Virus record (IMG/VR): IMGVR_UViG_3300005589_000100
Span: 1 to 24,553 of that record
Strand: one strand, 5' to 3'
DNA length: 24,553 nucleotides
DNA from: a virus
Taxonomy: Duplodnaviria; Caudoviricetes
The notes beneath the pieces are model-generated. The model was not told where the DNA came from, searched no databases, and was given only the letters and a program-made list of their open reading frames with translations. The position numbers and the translations under genes were made by a program. Position 1 is the first letter of the stretch. Each line of letters starts with the position of its first letter. Positions 14,242 through 23,986 of this stretch are shown in pieces.

Positions 14242-14382
14242 TCGCGTGCTGAAATAGATTTCATTGTAAAAGAATGGCCGTCAATCGAGGTTTGTGGTCA
14301 TTACGATCTTGACAGCAAAAAGACCTGTCCGAATTTCAACGTTAAGCATTGGTATGAAACCGGTGTAGTTCAACCTATCTAA
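14242..14382 (+). pseudogene. C-terminal remnant of a T7-lysozyme-like N-acetylmuramoyl-L-alanine amidase
   Basis: Manual translation SRAEIDFIVKEWPSIEVCGHYDLDSKKTCPNFNVKHWYETGVVQPI*, with the GH.D....K.CP.F.V..W motif; in-frame stop at 14227-14229 upstream and no start codon. Confidence 0.8.
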
Positions 14383-14396
14383 CAGAAGCCATCATT

Positions 14397-14633
14397 ATGA
14401 ATCAGATCCTTAAGGCGCTGGTATTGCCAGTGCTAGAGGTTGTTGCGCGTGACAATTTAAAAGATGTTGCGACCGGCAAAAACCTTGTTAACAAATCAAC
14501 TGCTGAGTCATTAATGATGATTTCAGTTCTTGCACAAAACACCCCTGAATTCACACCAACAAATGCGCCCGTTTTGATTTTATATGCAGCGGCGTTGATT
14601 TGGTCGGGCGTTAAGTTCATGAGGAATCAATAG
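14397..14633 (+). CDS. Small membrane protein of the lysis region
   Basis: 78 aa, C-terminal TM helix followed by basic residues. Confidence 0.6.
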   Translation: MNQILKALVLPVLEVVARDNLKDVATGKNLVNKSTAESLMMISVLAQNTPEFTPTNAPVLILYAAALIWSGVKFMRNQ

Positions 14634-16252
14634 TGGCTAAGGTTTATGTTGCAACAGATGGTGATGATTCACGGTCATATGCTCAGGCTCAGGTTGAATC
14701 TACTCCTTGGTTAACACCTGCTGAGGCCACCAGCTCTGCTACAGCAGCGGACACCGTTGAATTGGCTGATGGTACTTATAACGCTGATGCTTCAGGCAGT
14801 TATGGTTCAGACGCGTACCACAAGTTAGTCAAAGGACTGATCTTTAAGGCTAAAAACCGCAGGCAGGCTATTTTAACAGGCGACTCTGCAAGCTATGCAG
14901 TCCGCTTATCTTCTACTTTGCCGGCCTCTGCTCTTGTCGAGTTGAATGGCGTTGTTGTGGATGGAGCCTCAAGCAATAGCGGATCAGGATCAGCTACCGC
15001 GTTGGATGTTGGTGTTGATGCTAGTGATGCATGGGACTTCCGCTCGGTGGATTCTCATTATATCTGTGGCAACAACTATGCGATAACAATCAATCAGCGT
15101 CATGGCATACAGCTAATGACTGGTGATTACATTACGGGTAGTCCGGCAATCGCTGCGCTTTCCTTATCCAGTTCAGTTGCAGCTGTTGCGGATCAAATTA
15201 TAAAGATCAATAGCTTGGAGATGGATGTCACGGCGAGTGACACATCTTTCACGGGCGTGTTAACCAATCGAAGTGATGATGGCAAAACCTATGCGTTAAC
15301 CTTTCAGATGGATTCGCCAAAAATCACAATGCGTGATGGCGGGTTCGATGCCGATATGGTCGCCATTGATAACAAAGCTGAAAATGGTGTTATCACAAAT
15401 CCCAATATTACAATTATCGAATCTGCCAGTAATACCAAAACCCATTTCGGTATCTTAAATCGGGGAATGAGCGGAACCACGGTCTCGGTAGATCCTTGGG
15501 TTATTGGTGGCTTAATTGTCGGTGATGTTAGGAAAAGCTACTTATTGGCGCATGGTCAATCAACTACCGCCTCAAATATTAGTGGTGGCGGTCTTTCTGG
15601 CACCACTGTAATTGGTAAGAAATACGACGGAACCGGCAGTGATACACCGCATAACATCCTTTTTGGTATGGGTACGGACGCAAAAGGGTATGGCCTTAAA
15701 TCACTTTATGGTTATGTAGGCATTCTATTTTCATTAACGACTGCTCATTACTCTAGCGGTCACTTAGTTGTCGATGCAAACGGCCCTCACTACTACGGAA
15801 AAGGGGCTACCGGGACTATTGATAAAAGCATCGCGGTACACACTGGTGAGGTTGAGCAGACCGGCCACTCAATGTTTGCGGCCAATGCGCAAGGAGCCAC
15901 GGATACCCCTGCGCTTACTTACAAAGACTGTGTCGCTATTGTTGCTGATATTTCTAACTTCAACGCCGTTGCGTCTAACTATGATGCCAATCAAGGTGTG
16001 ACCTATGAGGGTGGGTTGGTATTTGTTGATGAGTCTGTTGATTTATCGACTACTGATTTGTTTGCCTACAACCAAGCAGGTGGCGCAGCGAACAACACGA
16101 TAGCCGATTTCAACACGAACATGAGTACAGATTGGGAAGCCGTGAAACTTCCTACATCGGCAATCAGAAAGCTGGCTGCGGCACAGAAGGCAGTGGCCTT
16201 AGCTGCAACAATGTCTAGTAGCACAGGAATTGCAAAATCAATTATGAATTAG
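14633..16252 (+). CDS. Right-handed beta-helix (pectin-lyase-like) protein; putative spike/depolymerase
   Basis: N-terminal VYVATDGDDS...PWLT..A...A.A.DTVELADGTY cap typical of beta-helix proteins; G/S/T/D/N-rich beta-strand body. Confidence 0.7.
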   Translation: MAKVYVATDGDDSRSYAQAQVESTPWLTPAEATSSATAADTVELADGTYNADASGSYGSDAYHKLVKGLIFKAKNRRQAILTGDSASYAVRLSSTLPASALVELNGVVVDGASSNSGSGSATALDVGVDASDAWDFRSVDSHYICGNNYAITINQRHGIQLMTGDYITGSPAIAALSLSSSVAAVADQIIKINSLEMDVTASDTSFTGVLTNRSDDGKTYALTFQMDSPKITMRDGGFDADMVAIDNKAENGVITNPNITIIESASNTKTHFGILNRGMSGTTVSVDPWVIGGLIVGDVRKSYLLAHGQSTTASNISGGGLSGTTVIGKKYDGTGSDTPHNILFGMGTDAKGYGLKSLYGYVGILFSLTTAHYSSGHLVVDANGPHYYGKGATGTIDKSIAVHTGEVEQTGHSMFAANAQGATDTPALTYKDCVAIVADISNFNAVASNYDANQGVTYEGGLVFVDESVDLSTTDLFAYNQAGGAANNTIADFNTNMSTDWEAVKLPTSAIRKLAAAQKAVALAATMSSSTGIAKSIMN

Positions 16253-16330
16253 GATCTGGTAGCAAAATTTTTGTAGCTGCCTCCGCAGACGTATGTCGTC
16301 TGATTTATCAAGAGAAAAGAGAATTTTGTC

Positions 16331-16615
16331 ATGCCAAAACTTAATGCAGCGGGTAAATCTTTAAAATATCAAGTTCAAGGTGAGGGAGTAACCATCAAGG
16401 CTAAAGATGTGACGGGGACTATCACTATAGAGATGTTTGATGCAGGTGTTTCCATGGGTAATGCTCTTGATGAAAATAACCTAGAGATAAGTTTCACAAC
16501 CGACTTCCACCGACTTTTCGATTTTAGGGCTGGTGATGAATTCCAAATCTCACAAAGTGGTGGGACACCGACTGGAACCACAATCAAGGTCGGCGGTGCT
16601 AAGGCAGCATACTGA
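16331..16615 (+). CDS. Hypothetical beta-rich protein, possibly virion-associated
   Basis: 94 aa; TGATG-coupled to terS. Confidence 0.65.
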   Translation: MPKLNAAGKSLKYQVQGEGVTIKAKDVTGTITIEMFDAGVSMGNALDENNLEISFTTDFHRLFDFRAGDEFQISQSGGTPTGTTIKVGGAKAAY

Positions 16616-17106
16616 TGGCAAGAGGACCGGGCAAAGAGAATAAGTATTGGAAACTAAGAAAACGAACAGGTGCCCATAAAAAATACCGTTCCGCTGCAGC
16701 TCTATGGAAAGCTTGTGTTAAGTACTTTGAGTGGGTTGATGAAAACCCGCTTTACGAAACTAAGGCATTTTCATATCAGGGTGATGTGATTACGGAAGAT
16801 ATACCTTTAATGCGTGCAATGACTGTATCAGGACTCTGCGTTCACCTGGGTATAACCCGAAAAACATGGATGACATACGGAGAGCAAGACCATCCATTCA
16901 GTGAAATTCACGGCGAAGTAAGCGAGATTATCTGGGCGAACAAATTTGAAGGTGGTGCTGCTGGCTTATTGAATGCCAATTTGATTGCTAGAGACCTTGG
17001 GCTGCGTGAAAGGACGGACAATCAACACTCAGGTCCTGATGGTGGGCCAATTCAAAATACTTGGACAATTCAACCGGTAAAGGCTTCTGAGCAAAATAGA
17101 GATTGA
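16615..17106 (+). CDS. terS: Terminase small subunit (P22 gp3-like)
   Basis: LWKACVKYFEWVDENPL...RAMTVSGLCVHLGI...KFEGGAAGLLNANLIARDLGL, characteristic of the P22 gp3 family. Confidence 0.92.
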   Translation: MARGPGKENKYWKLRKRTGAHKKYRSAAALWKACVKYFEWVDENPLYETKAFSYQGDVITEDIPLMRAMTVSGLCVHLGITRKTWMTYGEQDHPFSEIHGEVSEIIWANKFEGGAAGLLNANLIARDLGLRERTDNQHSGPDGGPIQNTWTIQPVKASEQNRD

Positions 17107-18511
17107 AGTTGCTGAAAAAATCTTACCCCTAATAACTACCCCTAAAGCAGTGAAGATTGCAGTTGGCGGAAGGGCTGCAACAAAAACTATTGCCTTTTCT
17201 GATTGCTTTCTGAAATTTTGTGATGACGGTGAAAAGCTTCTTTGTGCAAGAGAGCATCAAAACTCACTTGAACAATCAGTGCACTCATCAATGCGACGGC
17301 GTATTTCACATTACGGAATAGAGACTTTAAATCCTACAACCAAAAAGATAACCAGCCAAACTGGTGGAGAGATTTTCTATTGGGGGCTCGCTAGGAACAT
17401 TGGTTCGGTCAAGTCGCTTGATGGCGTTAACAGGGTTTGGATAGAAGAGGGTCAATACATCTCTCAGGAATCCATAGATGTTTTGTTCCCAACAATCAGA
17501 GAGAACAATTCAGAAATTTGGATAAGCATGAATAGGGGATCGTCAAAAGATCCTGTATCCAAAGAATTTCTTCTGCCATATGAGCACATTCTAGAGCGAG
17601 ATGGGTTCTATGAAGATGAGTACCTAATGATTGTTGAAATCAATTGGTATGACAATCCATGGTTTCCAGAAAAGCTAAATCAGCAACGTATCAGGGCAAA
17701 GAAGATAATGTCACGCGCCAAGTATGATCATATCTGGGGTGGCGCTTATTCAGACACAGTTGAAAACGCGATCATTGAGCCTGAGTGGTTTGATGCGTGT
17801 ATTGATGCCCACATTAAGATTGGTTTCGAACCTGAAGGTGTTGAGGTTGTTTCACATGATCCGTTTGACGGAGGTAATGATCCAGCAGGGCTTGCCTATC
17901 GTCATGGTTCAGTATTCAAAGAGGTGCTCGAGAGCTCTGATGGACGTGTGAATGATGCCTGTAGGTGGGCATTAGATTTCGCCATCGAGGTGGGTGCAGA
18001 TGAGTTTGTATGGGATGCCGACGGTGTTGGCGCCGGGCTTAGAGAGCAGGTTGGCAAAAGCCTGAAAGGGAAGAAAATGTCAGCCTCTGAATTTCATGGC
18101 CAAGCAGCTGTTGATAACCCGGATCAAATTTACAACAAGACAGAGATTGATATTGGTAAGGCCCGGAGTAATCGGGAGACTTTCACCAATAAGCGAGCAC
18201 AGTGGTACTGGATTCTTCGAGACCGGATGTTCAAAACCTACTTAGCGGTAACTGAGAAAAAGTGGGCCAACCCCGACGAACTAATCAGCTTCAGTAGCGA
18301 GATCACAGCGCTAAGAACGTTACGCGCTGAAATATGCCGTATACCGAAAAAGCCCAACGGTGCAGGAAAAATACAAATATTAAGTAAGCCGGAGATGAAA
18401 GCATTGAAAATAGACAGTCCGAACTTGGCTGATAGCGTCATGATGAACTTGTCCGGTACAGGAACATTGAAAAAACCTGTTACTCCTATCGAATACGACA
18501 GTTTTTATTGA
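17087..18511 (+). CDS. terL: Terminase large subunit (PBSX/Sf6-type); start uncertain (CTG 17087 or GTG 17150)
   Basis: Walker A-like GGRAATKT, CAREHQNSL..SV, VKSLDG..RVWIEEG, PTIRE..SEIW, INWYDNPWFP, nuclease HDP..GG.D and SPNLADSVMM. Confidence 0.93.
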   Translation: MSKIEIEVAEKILPLITTPKAVKIAVGGRAATKTIAFSDCFLKFCDDGEKLLCAREHQNSLEQSVHSSMRRRISHYGIETLNPTTKKITSQTGGEIFYWGLARNIGSVKSLDGVNRVWIEEGQYISQESIDVLFPTIRENNSEIWISMNRGSSKDPVSKEFLLPYEHILERDGFYEDEYLMIVEINWYDNPWFPEKLNQQRIRAKKIMSRAKYDHIWGGAYSDTVENAIIEPEWFDACIDAHIKIGFEPEGVEVVSHDPFDGGNDPAGLAYRHGSVFKEVLESSDGRVNDACRWALDFAIEVGADEFVWDADGVGAGLREQVGKSLKGKKMSASEFHGQAAVDNPDQIYNKTEIDIGKARSNRETFTNKRAQWYWILRDRMFKTYLAVTEKKWANPDELISFSSEITALRTLRAEICRIPKKPNGAGKIQILSKPEMKALKIDSPNLADSVMMNLSGTGTLKKPVTPIEYDSFY

Positions 18512-20574
18512 TGATTGATTATTCTGAACATGCGGCTGTTCTAAAGGCCTTAAAAGCAGACCAAGAAGCTGATTATGATCGTCGAGAGATGATGCGGGAG
18601 ATACATGCCTTTCTGCACCACAAAGACGGGCAATGGGATCCAAGCATCCGCAACAAGTTTAGTAATCGATTCGTTGGTACGTTTGACCGGTGCACAGCAT
18701 TGGTTGAGGATACTTGGGCCGATATGGCAAAGAATGAGGCTGAAATTAAAATCAGGCCAAAAGGAGATGGAGCCACTAAAGAAAATGCTAATTATTATTC
18801 TGGGCTAATTCGAAACATTGAAGACTTTTCCAATGCCGATGATGCTTACAAGCAGGCAGGTAAATTAGCTATAGAGGTTGGGTTTAGTTGTGTCAGTGTA
18901 GATCATGATTACATTGATGCTGATTCCTTTGATCAAGATCTGATTATTAAGGATGAGCCGGATGCAATAGATCGTATCTGGTTTGAGGCAGGCTTTACCA
19001 AGCCAACGGCTGAAGATGCTAACCATGTGCATGTTCACTTTAATATACCGCTTCATGAGTTTGAAGAAAAATACAAAAGACCGCCTCAATCTATTGATAA
19101 AGACGGCAACTGTGAGCGCTATTTCTATAAAGCAAATGGAGTGACGGTATGCCGTATTTTTTGGAAAGAGGCGATTGATCGGACGCTCTATAAAATGTCC
19201 AATGGCGAAGTCTACTCTGAGGAAGATAAGCCAATCTTTGATGAGCTCGCGCTCAGGGGCATTACCGTTGTTGCTTCGCGAAAACGCAAAAAAATCGTTG
19301 TTAAGCGTCGGCTTTACGATGCAAAGGGCTGGCTAGGAGACGCTGAAGATACTCCATTTAAACTGCTTCCGTACATTCCTAACTTGCCAAATTTTCGTAT
19401 TGCAGAAGGCAAAGTGCTTTCACGTGGCATTGTTGAAAAGCGCATGGATGAGCAGCGTGTTCTTAATTATGCGGGAAGCCGGGCTGTTGATGACTTAGCT
19501 TTATCAGCTAAAGAAAAAATATGGATTTCTGTTGAGCAGTCAGAAGATGTTGAGTCTGAATTAAAGAGTTATGCGACTAGTGCCGCACCTATTCAGCGTT
19601 ATAAGGCGGCAGGTGGACCTACACCACCATTTAAGATGCCTGGTCCACAGGGATCGGGTGGTCTCCAGCAGTTGTTGGAGTTCACAGAGGCGTCAATCGA
19701 GCGCGGTTCGGGTAAGTTCGGCACCAATCCACAAAACAATTCCGGTTTACAGTCAGATATAGCGCTGCAGCGTTTAGAGAATCGAGGCAATAACGGCACA
19801 TACGAGTACTTTTGCTCACAAGAAGTGATGATTCAGCATGTGGCGAAGGTGTGTATTGGTTCTATCCCCAGCGTCTATGATGCAGAGCGTGAAATACGAA
19901 TCCTTAATCGCGATGGCTCACACGACGAAATAACGCTGCATAAGCGCATTGTGGATCGCCAGACAGGCAAAGTGCATGAGCCCATCGATTTAAGTGTGGG
20001 TGTCTATGATGCCATTTGCAGTATTGGTCCTGCTTATGAGAATAAGCGCCAAGAAACAAATGACTTCATTATGCGTCTTGCTGATGTTGATCCCAGCATC
20101 ATTGAGGAAGGTAAAGACATCTTACTCAACAATATTGACTCCCCAGGTATGGATATTCTTGCCGAGCGAGTAAGGCGTAATAAAGTATTGTCCGGTTCAA
20201 TTCCTGAAGAACAGCTCACCGATGATGAAAAAGAAATGTTGCAGGAACAAAGCCAGCAACAGAGTGAGCTAGTTGATCCCGCTATGCTCATTGGTCAAGC
20301 AGAAATAAAGAAAGCGAATACCGAAGCAGAGACTGCAGAGGTTAATCGTGAAATCAAGGTTATTGAACTCCAGCAAAAACAAGATAAACAAGAATTTGAT
20401 AATAGCGTCCGCTCAATAGAGCTGATGCTTGAAGAACAAAAGCAGGTCGCACAGACATTGAAAGACTTAGCAAGCGCTTTTAAACAAATCCAAGAGGGTG
20501 AGCAGATAGGTTCAGAAGACCTAAATGCTGAGCAGTCAATCGAAGGACAGATACAACAAGCAACCAACCAGTGA
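18511..20574 (+). CDS. Portal protein (P22 gp1-like)
   Basis: About 687 aa after terL; DGQWD, GVYDAICSIGPAYENKRQET and a C-terminal coiled-coil barrel. Confidence 0.9.
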   Translation: MIDYSEHAAVLKALKADQEADYDRREMMREIHAFLHHKDGQWDPSIRNKFSNRFVGTFDRCTALVEDTWADMAKNEAEIKIRPKGDGATKENANYYSGLIRNIEDFSNADDAYKQAGKLAIEVGFSCVSVDHDYIDADSFDQDLIIKDEPDAIDRIWFEAGFTKPTAEDANHVHVHFNIPLHEFEEKYKRPPQSIDKDGNCERYFYKANGVTVCRIFWKEAIDRTLYKMSNGEVYSEEDKPIFDELALRGITVVASRKRKKIVVKRRLYDAKGWLGDAEDTPFKLLPYIPNLPNFRIAEGKVLSRGIVEKRMDEQRVLNYAGSRAVDDLALSAKEKIWISVEQSEDVESELKSYATSAAPIQRYKAAGGPTPPFKMPGPQGSGGLQQLLEFTEASIERGSGKFGTNPQNNSGLQSDIALQRLENRGNNGTYEYFCSQEVMIQHVAKVCIGSIPSVYDAEREIRILNRDGSHDEITLHKRIVDRQTGKVHEPIDLSVGVYDAICSIGPAYENKRQETNDFIMRLADVDPSIIEEGKDILLNNIDSPGMDILAERVRRNKVLSGSIPEEQLTDDEKEMLQEQSQQQSELVDPAMLIGQAEIKKANTEAETAEVNREIKVIELQQKQDKQEFDNSVRSIELMLEEQKQVAQTLKDLASAFKQIQEGEQIGSEDLNAEQSIEGQIQQATNQ

Positions 20575-20599
20575 GCCTTTGGCTTAAGAGAGAAAAACC

Positions 20600-21475
20600 A
20601 TGTTAGATGAAGTAATGAGCGAAGAGTCGTTAGAAGAAAGTGCCGCACCAGCGGAAAGTGAAAACACTGATCAGGTCCAGAAAACCGATGATCAGCAAGC
20701 CGCTCAGGAGACTGAGCAGGGCAAGGAAGATAGTGCCAACGAGGACGATGGCAAAGAGAAACAGGAGCCCTCAGTCGAAGCTGAAGGTAAGAGTGGTAGC
20801 AACTTCATTGATTTCGATGATCCTGAATCGTTCACCAAAGAAAAGGTGAAGGCTCGGATTGATGAACTCACTCGAACAAGCTACGACAAAGACAGCAAAT
20901 TGTCCAAGCTCGAGCTGGAATTGAAGGACACGCAAAAGCAGTTGCGCGAACTGAAAAAACCGCAAGCAGTACAACCACCAAACCCAGAAGATAGGGATGT
21001 TGATCCTGAAAAGTTTGCCGCCGATGAGGAAGCATACAAAGCCTACTTGAAAGATGAGGCTAAGTACGAAAACGAATCAGAGCAGTTAGCGGCTCAGGAA
21101 AAGCAGGAAGCCGAAAACGTTCAACAGGAGCAAGTTCAAGAGTTTCAGGTTAAAGCGACAGAGGCAGGTATTGATCTGAAGCAATTGGCCCATGCAGAGC
21201 AAGTGGTCGCAAGTCAGTTACCGGAAGGTACTCTGGGTGCAACGATTGCCAGTGAACTCATGAACGAACCTCAGCTGGTGATGGAGTTGGCGACCAAGCC
21301 GATGCAATTAAGCCAGGTGTTGAGTGGTGGTGTAGGGGATGCCATCCGAGAGCTGGACAAGATCAAAAATAGTCTCATCAAACCTAAACAATCTGAAACC
21401 CCGCAACCTGCCGAGAAATTGAAGGCAGGCAGCTCTACTGACACCGTCGATGAGTACGGCGAAATCATAGACTAG
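20600..21475 (+). CDS. Scaffolding protein
   Basis: Acidic coiled-coil protein between portal and coat; KVKARIDELTR motif. Confidence 0.8.
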   Translation: MLDEVMSEESLEESAAPAESENTDQVQKTDDQQAAQETEQGKEDSANEDDGKEKQEPSVEAEGKSGSNFIDFDDPESFTKEKVKARIDELTRTSYDKDSKLSKLELELKDTQKQLRELKKPQAVQPPNPEDRDVDPEKFAADEEAYKAYLKDEAKYENESEQLAAQEKQEAENVQQEQVQEFQVKATEAGIDLKQLAHAEQVVASQLPEGTLGATIASELMNEPQLVMELATKPMQLSQVLSGGVGDAIRELDKIKNSLIKPKQSETPQPAEKLKAGSSTDTVDEYGEIID

Positions 21476-21516
21476 CGGGCTAACTTATTTAAAGCTCAAG
21501 GCTCAGGAGAAATACT

Positions 21517-22815
21517 ATGTCTAACAATCTAGGCTCAAACCACGGCACTAAAGTTGTTCGATCGTTTGCTAAAGCATTCGAATCGATGCTTGTGCTCGGT
21601 AAAACGGTGGACACTGACACCACAAAAGATGGTCACGATGCAGCAACTGGTGAAACCATTTATGTGAAGCGTCCACATCAACACAAATCCATTCGTACTC
21701 CAGGCGGTGATATTTCAAGCTCTACAGCTGATGAAATCATTGCAGGCCGTATTGCAGTAACGAAGCAGGACTACATTACGGTTTATAAAAACTGGTCTGA
21801 TGTTGAGCAGGCACTGGAACTTGACCAGCTTGATGAACTCATGGAAGGCATTGCCGAGGAAATGTGCCTTGAACTGGAAACCTCGCTTGGTCAATTCATG
21901 ATTGAGAATGCAGGGTTGCATTATGGCACGCCAGGTCAGGCAGTTAACAACTGGAATGAGGTAAGTGGCGCTGCGGCATTGATGAAAGCTATTGGTGTGC
22001 CAATGACTAACAGCTACTACGTCATGAACCCTTTCAGTCAGTCGAATCTCGCAAATGTTCAGGCCAATCTGAACGGCGATGACAAGATGATTCGTGACGC
22101 TTGGCGCGATTCGATGTTGTCCCCTAATGTCGGCGGTCTTCGTGCAATGACTTCAAGCAGTCTGAAGAACTACACAGCGGGTGCTGCTTCTGATCGCGCA
22201 GGTACTTTGGCTGCAACGCCAACAGCAACATATGTTGCTGCCAAGGACTCGATGACGATGTCATTGTCCTTGACCGGCCTTTCAACTAGCACCACAGATG
22301 CAGTCCGTCCAGGTGACATCATCGAATTCACCGGAACGGGTGCTAATGCACGCTCACATGTCAACATCAAGACTCGTGAAACCATTATGGGTGCAAGTGG
22401 TACACCAGTGCCATTCAGCTGCACAGTGGTGACCGGTGGAGACACCAATGGTAGTGGTGCTGTGACTGTTACCGTGACAGCCCCAGCTATTTATGAGACT
22501 GCTGGCGGTAAAGGCGCCTACAACAACATCTCTGCGGCTCTGGCATCTGGCGATGCGTTCACCATTAAAGGTGCGGCGGACACTGTGTATCAGCCGAACT
22601 TGTTCTATAACAAGGGCGCCTTCATGGTGAACACCATCCAGATTCCAAAATTGGAAGCGCAAGATGTGACTTATAAGTCCAAGTCAGGCTATGTGATGCG
22701 ATTCTCACGCGGCTCTAGCCTTTTGGCCAATACTCACCAGCTGCGTGTTGACATGGTTCCGGCGTTTGGTATTGCTCAACCATTGATGGCTGGTAAAGGT
22801 TACGGCTTAAGCTAA
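21517..22815 (+). CDS. Major capsid protein (P22 gp5/Sf6-like coat)
   Basis: MSNNLGSN...F...FES..VL.KTVD, TGETIYVKRPHQ, RTPGGDIS, YQPNLFYNKGAF, RVDMVPAF; SD AGGAG. Confidence 0.93.
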   Translation: MSNNLGSNHGTKVVRSFAKAFESMLVLGKTVDTDTTKDGHDAATGETIYVKRPHQHKSIRTPGGDISSSTADEIIAGRIAVTKQDYITVYKNWSDVEQALELDQLDELMEGIAEEMCLELETSLGQFMIENAGLHYGTPGQAVNNWNEVSGAAALMKAIGVPMTNSYYVMNPFSQSNLANVQANLNGDDKMIRDAWRDSMLSPNVGGLRAMTSSSLKNYTAGAASDRAGTLAATPTATYVAAKDSMTMSLSLTGLSTSTTDAVRPGDIIEFTGTGANARSHVNIKTRETIMGASGTPVPFSCTVVTGGDTNGSGAVTVTVTAPAIYETAGGKGAYNNISAALASGDAFTIKGAADTVYQPNLFYNKGAFMVNTIQIPKLEAQDVTYKSKSGYVMRFSRGSSLLANTHQLRVDMVPAFGIAQPLMAGKGYGLS

Positions 22816-22840
22816 GTCTTATTAATTTACCTTTTAGTGC

Positions 22841-22861
22841 AGGGGCTTCGGCCCCTTTTTT
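22841..22861 (+). terminator. Intrinsic terminator after the coat gene
   Basis: AGGGGC-TTCG-GCCCCT-TTTTT. Confidence 0.9.
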
Positions 22862-22874
22862 GAGGATATAAATC

Positions 22875-23126
22875 ATGTCAGAGAAAACACATCAGCAAAT
22901 GTTTATTAAAGCCGATAACGAAGAAGGTTTTGTATCGGTTATTTGTCACCGTGAGCGTTACGCGGATGACCTGAAAAAAATGGGCTTCGTGAATACCGTT
23001 GAAGAACTTGAGTCAACAGAGAAGAATGACTCCAAAGCGGATGCTGAAGCGAAGGCTAAGGCTGAAGAAGAGGCCAAAGCCAAAGCGGATGCTGAAGCGA
23101 AGGCTAAAAACAAGAATACTAAGTAA
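22875..23126 (+). CDS. Small protein with an Ala/Glu/Lys repeat tail
   Basis: 83 aa, SD GAGGA; 28-bp direct repeat at 23032-23059 and 23080-23107 encoding KADAEAKAK. Confidence 0.75.
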   Translation: MSEKTHQQMFIKADNEEGFVSVICHRERYADDLKKMGFVNTVEELESTEKNDSKADAEAKAKAEEEAKAKADAEAKAKNKNTK

Positions 23127-23137
23127 GGCTTCACTGA

Positions 23138-23986
23138 ATGGAACGAGTCGGTGACACCATAGAAGATGCGCTCCTAGAGATAGGGGCTCACGATGCGTAC
23201 CAGGATTTGCAGCCACATGAAACCAAGTCCGCAATTCGTTCGCTTAATCGTATGATGGCTTCACACTCAGAGATTGCTGCACGCCTAGGCTACACGCCAG
23301 TGGCTAGCACCAGTGAATTCATTACGGTACCCAACTGGTCAACCGAATGGATTGTGAAAGAGTTAGCCGTCAAGCTGGCCCCGCAGTTTGATGAACCGGT
23401 TAGCAGCGAATTACGCGAGCAAGCAAGAACCAGTTATTTAAAGGTTCGCGCTAGAGCTATTGTAATTGGTGAGCCAGACAGGCCAGATATTCTACCGAGA
23501 GGTACGGCCAATGTTGGGGTTGGGGATAGCAACTATTTTGCTGGCAAAAGTCCTTATGGTCGAGCCAGGCTTAACGGTAATAGTGCGCCAACTGTGATTA
23601 CATCCAATACACCGACGCCAGTATTAGGGTCTTGGGTAAGTGTTGATTCAGTCGGTTTCAGCGTGGATTCTTCAGGCATTATCTGCAGTCTGTTATCAGC
23701 TGATTTTGATGCTGATATTAGTGTCCAATTGGCGATGAGAGCGGATAGCTCGCAGCAAACTTACAATCTTTACTTAGCTAAAAAACCTAGCGGTGGTGCC
23801 TTTTCTGTCATTGAAGATACGCGCCGACAAGTCATAGTCTCTTCAGATACTGACTCAACATTTGAGTTTCTTTTTACGGAGCATCTTTTCCCGGGCGATA
23901 GCATTCAGCTATGGGCTGAAGGGGTTAACCATTCCATTGATGTTGTCGTGCCAGTATGTACAGTCTGGATCTCTAAGAATGGCTAG
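23138..23986 (+). CDS. Head-to-tail adaptor (P22 gp4-like) with a C-terminal beta-rich extension
   Basis: GDTIEDALLEIG...AIRSLNRMMA...LGY...LAVKLAPQF...P..LPRG.AN in the first ~135 aa; position before gp10. Confidence 0.8.
   Translation: MERVGDTIEDALLEIGAHDAYQDLQPHETKSAIRSLNRMMASHSEIAARLGYTPVASTSEFITVPNWSTEWIVKELAVKLAPQFDEPVSSELREQARTSYLKVRARAIVIGEPDRPDILPRGTANVGVGDSNYFAGKSPYGRARLNGNSAPTVITSNTPTPVLGSWVSVDSVGFSVDSSGIICSLLSADFDADISVQLAMRADSSQQTYNLYLAKKPSGGAFSVIEDTRRQVIVSSDTDSTFEFLFTEHLFPGDSIQLWAEGVNHSIDVVVPVCTVWISKNG

Noticed and set aside
16256-16300. Two small hairpins between the beta-helix gene and the next ORF
   Set aside because: Short stems without a clear U-tract; not enough to call a terminator or ncRNA
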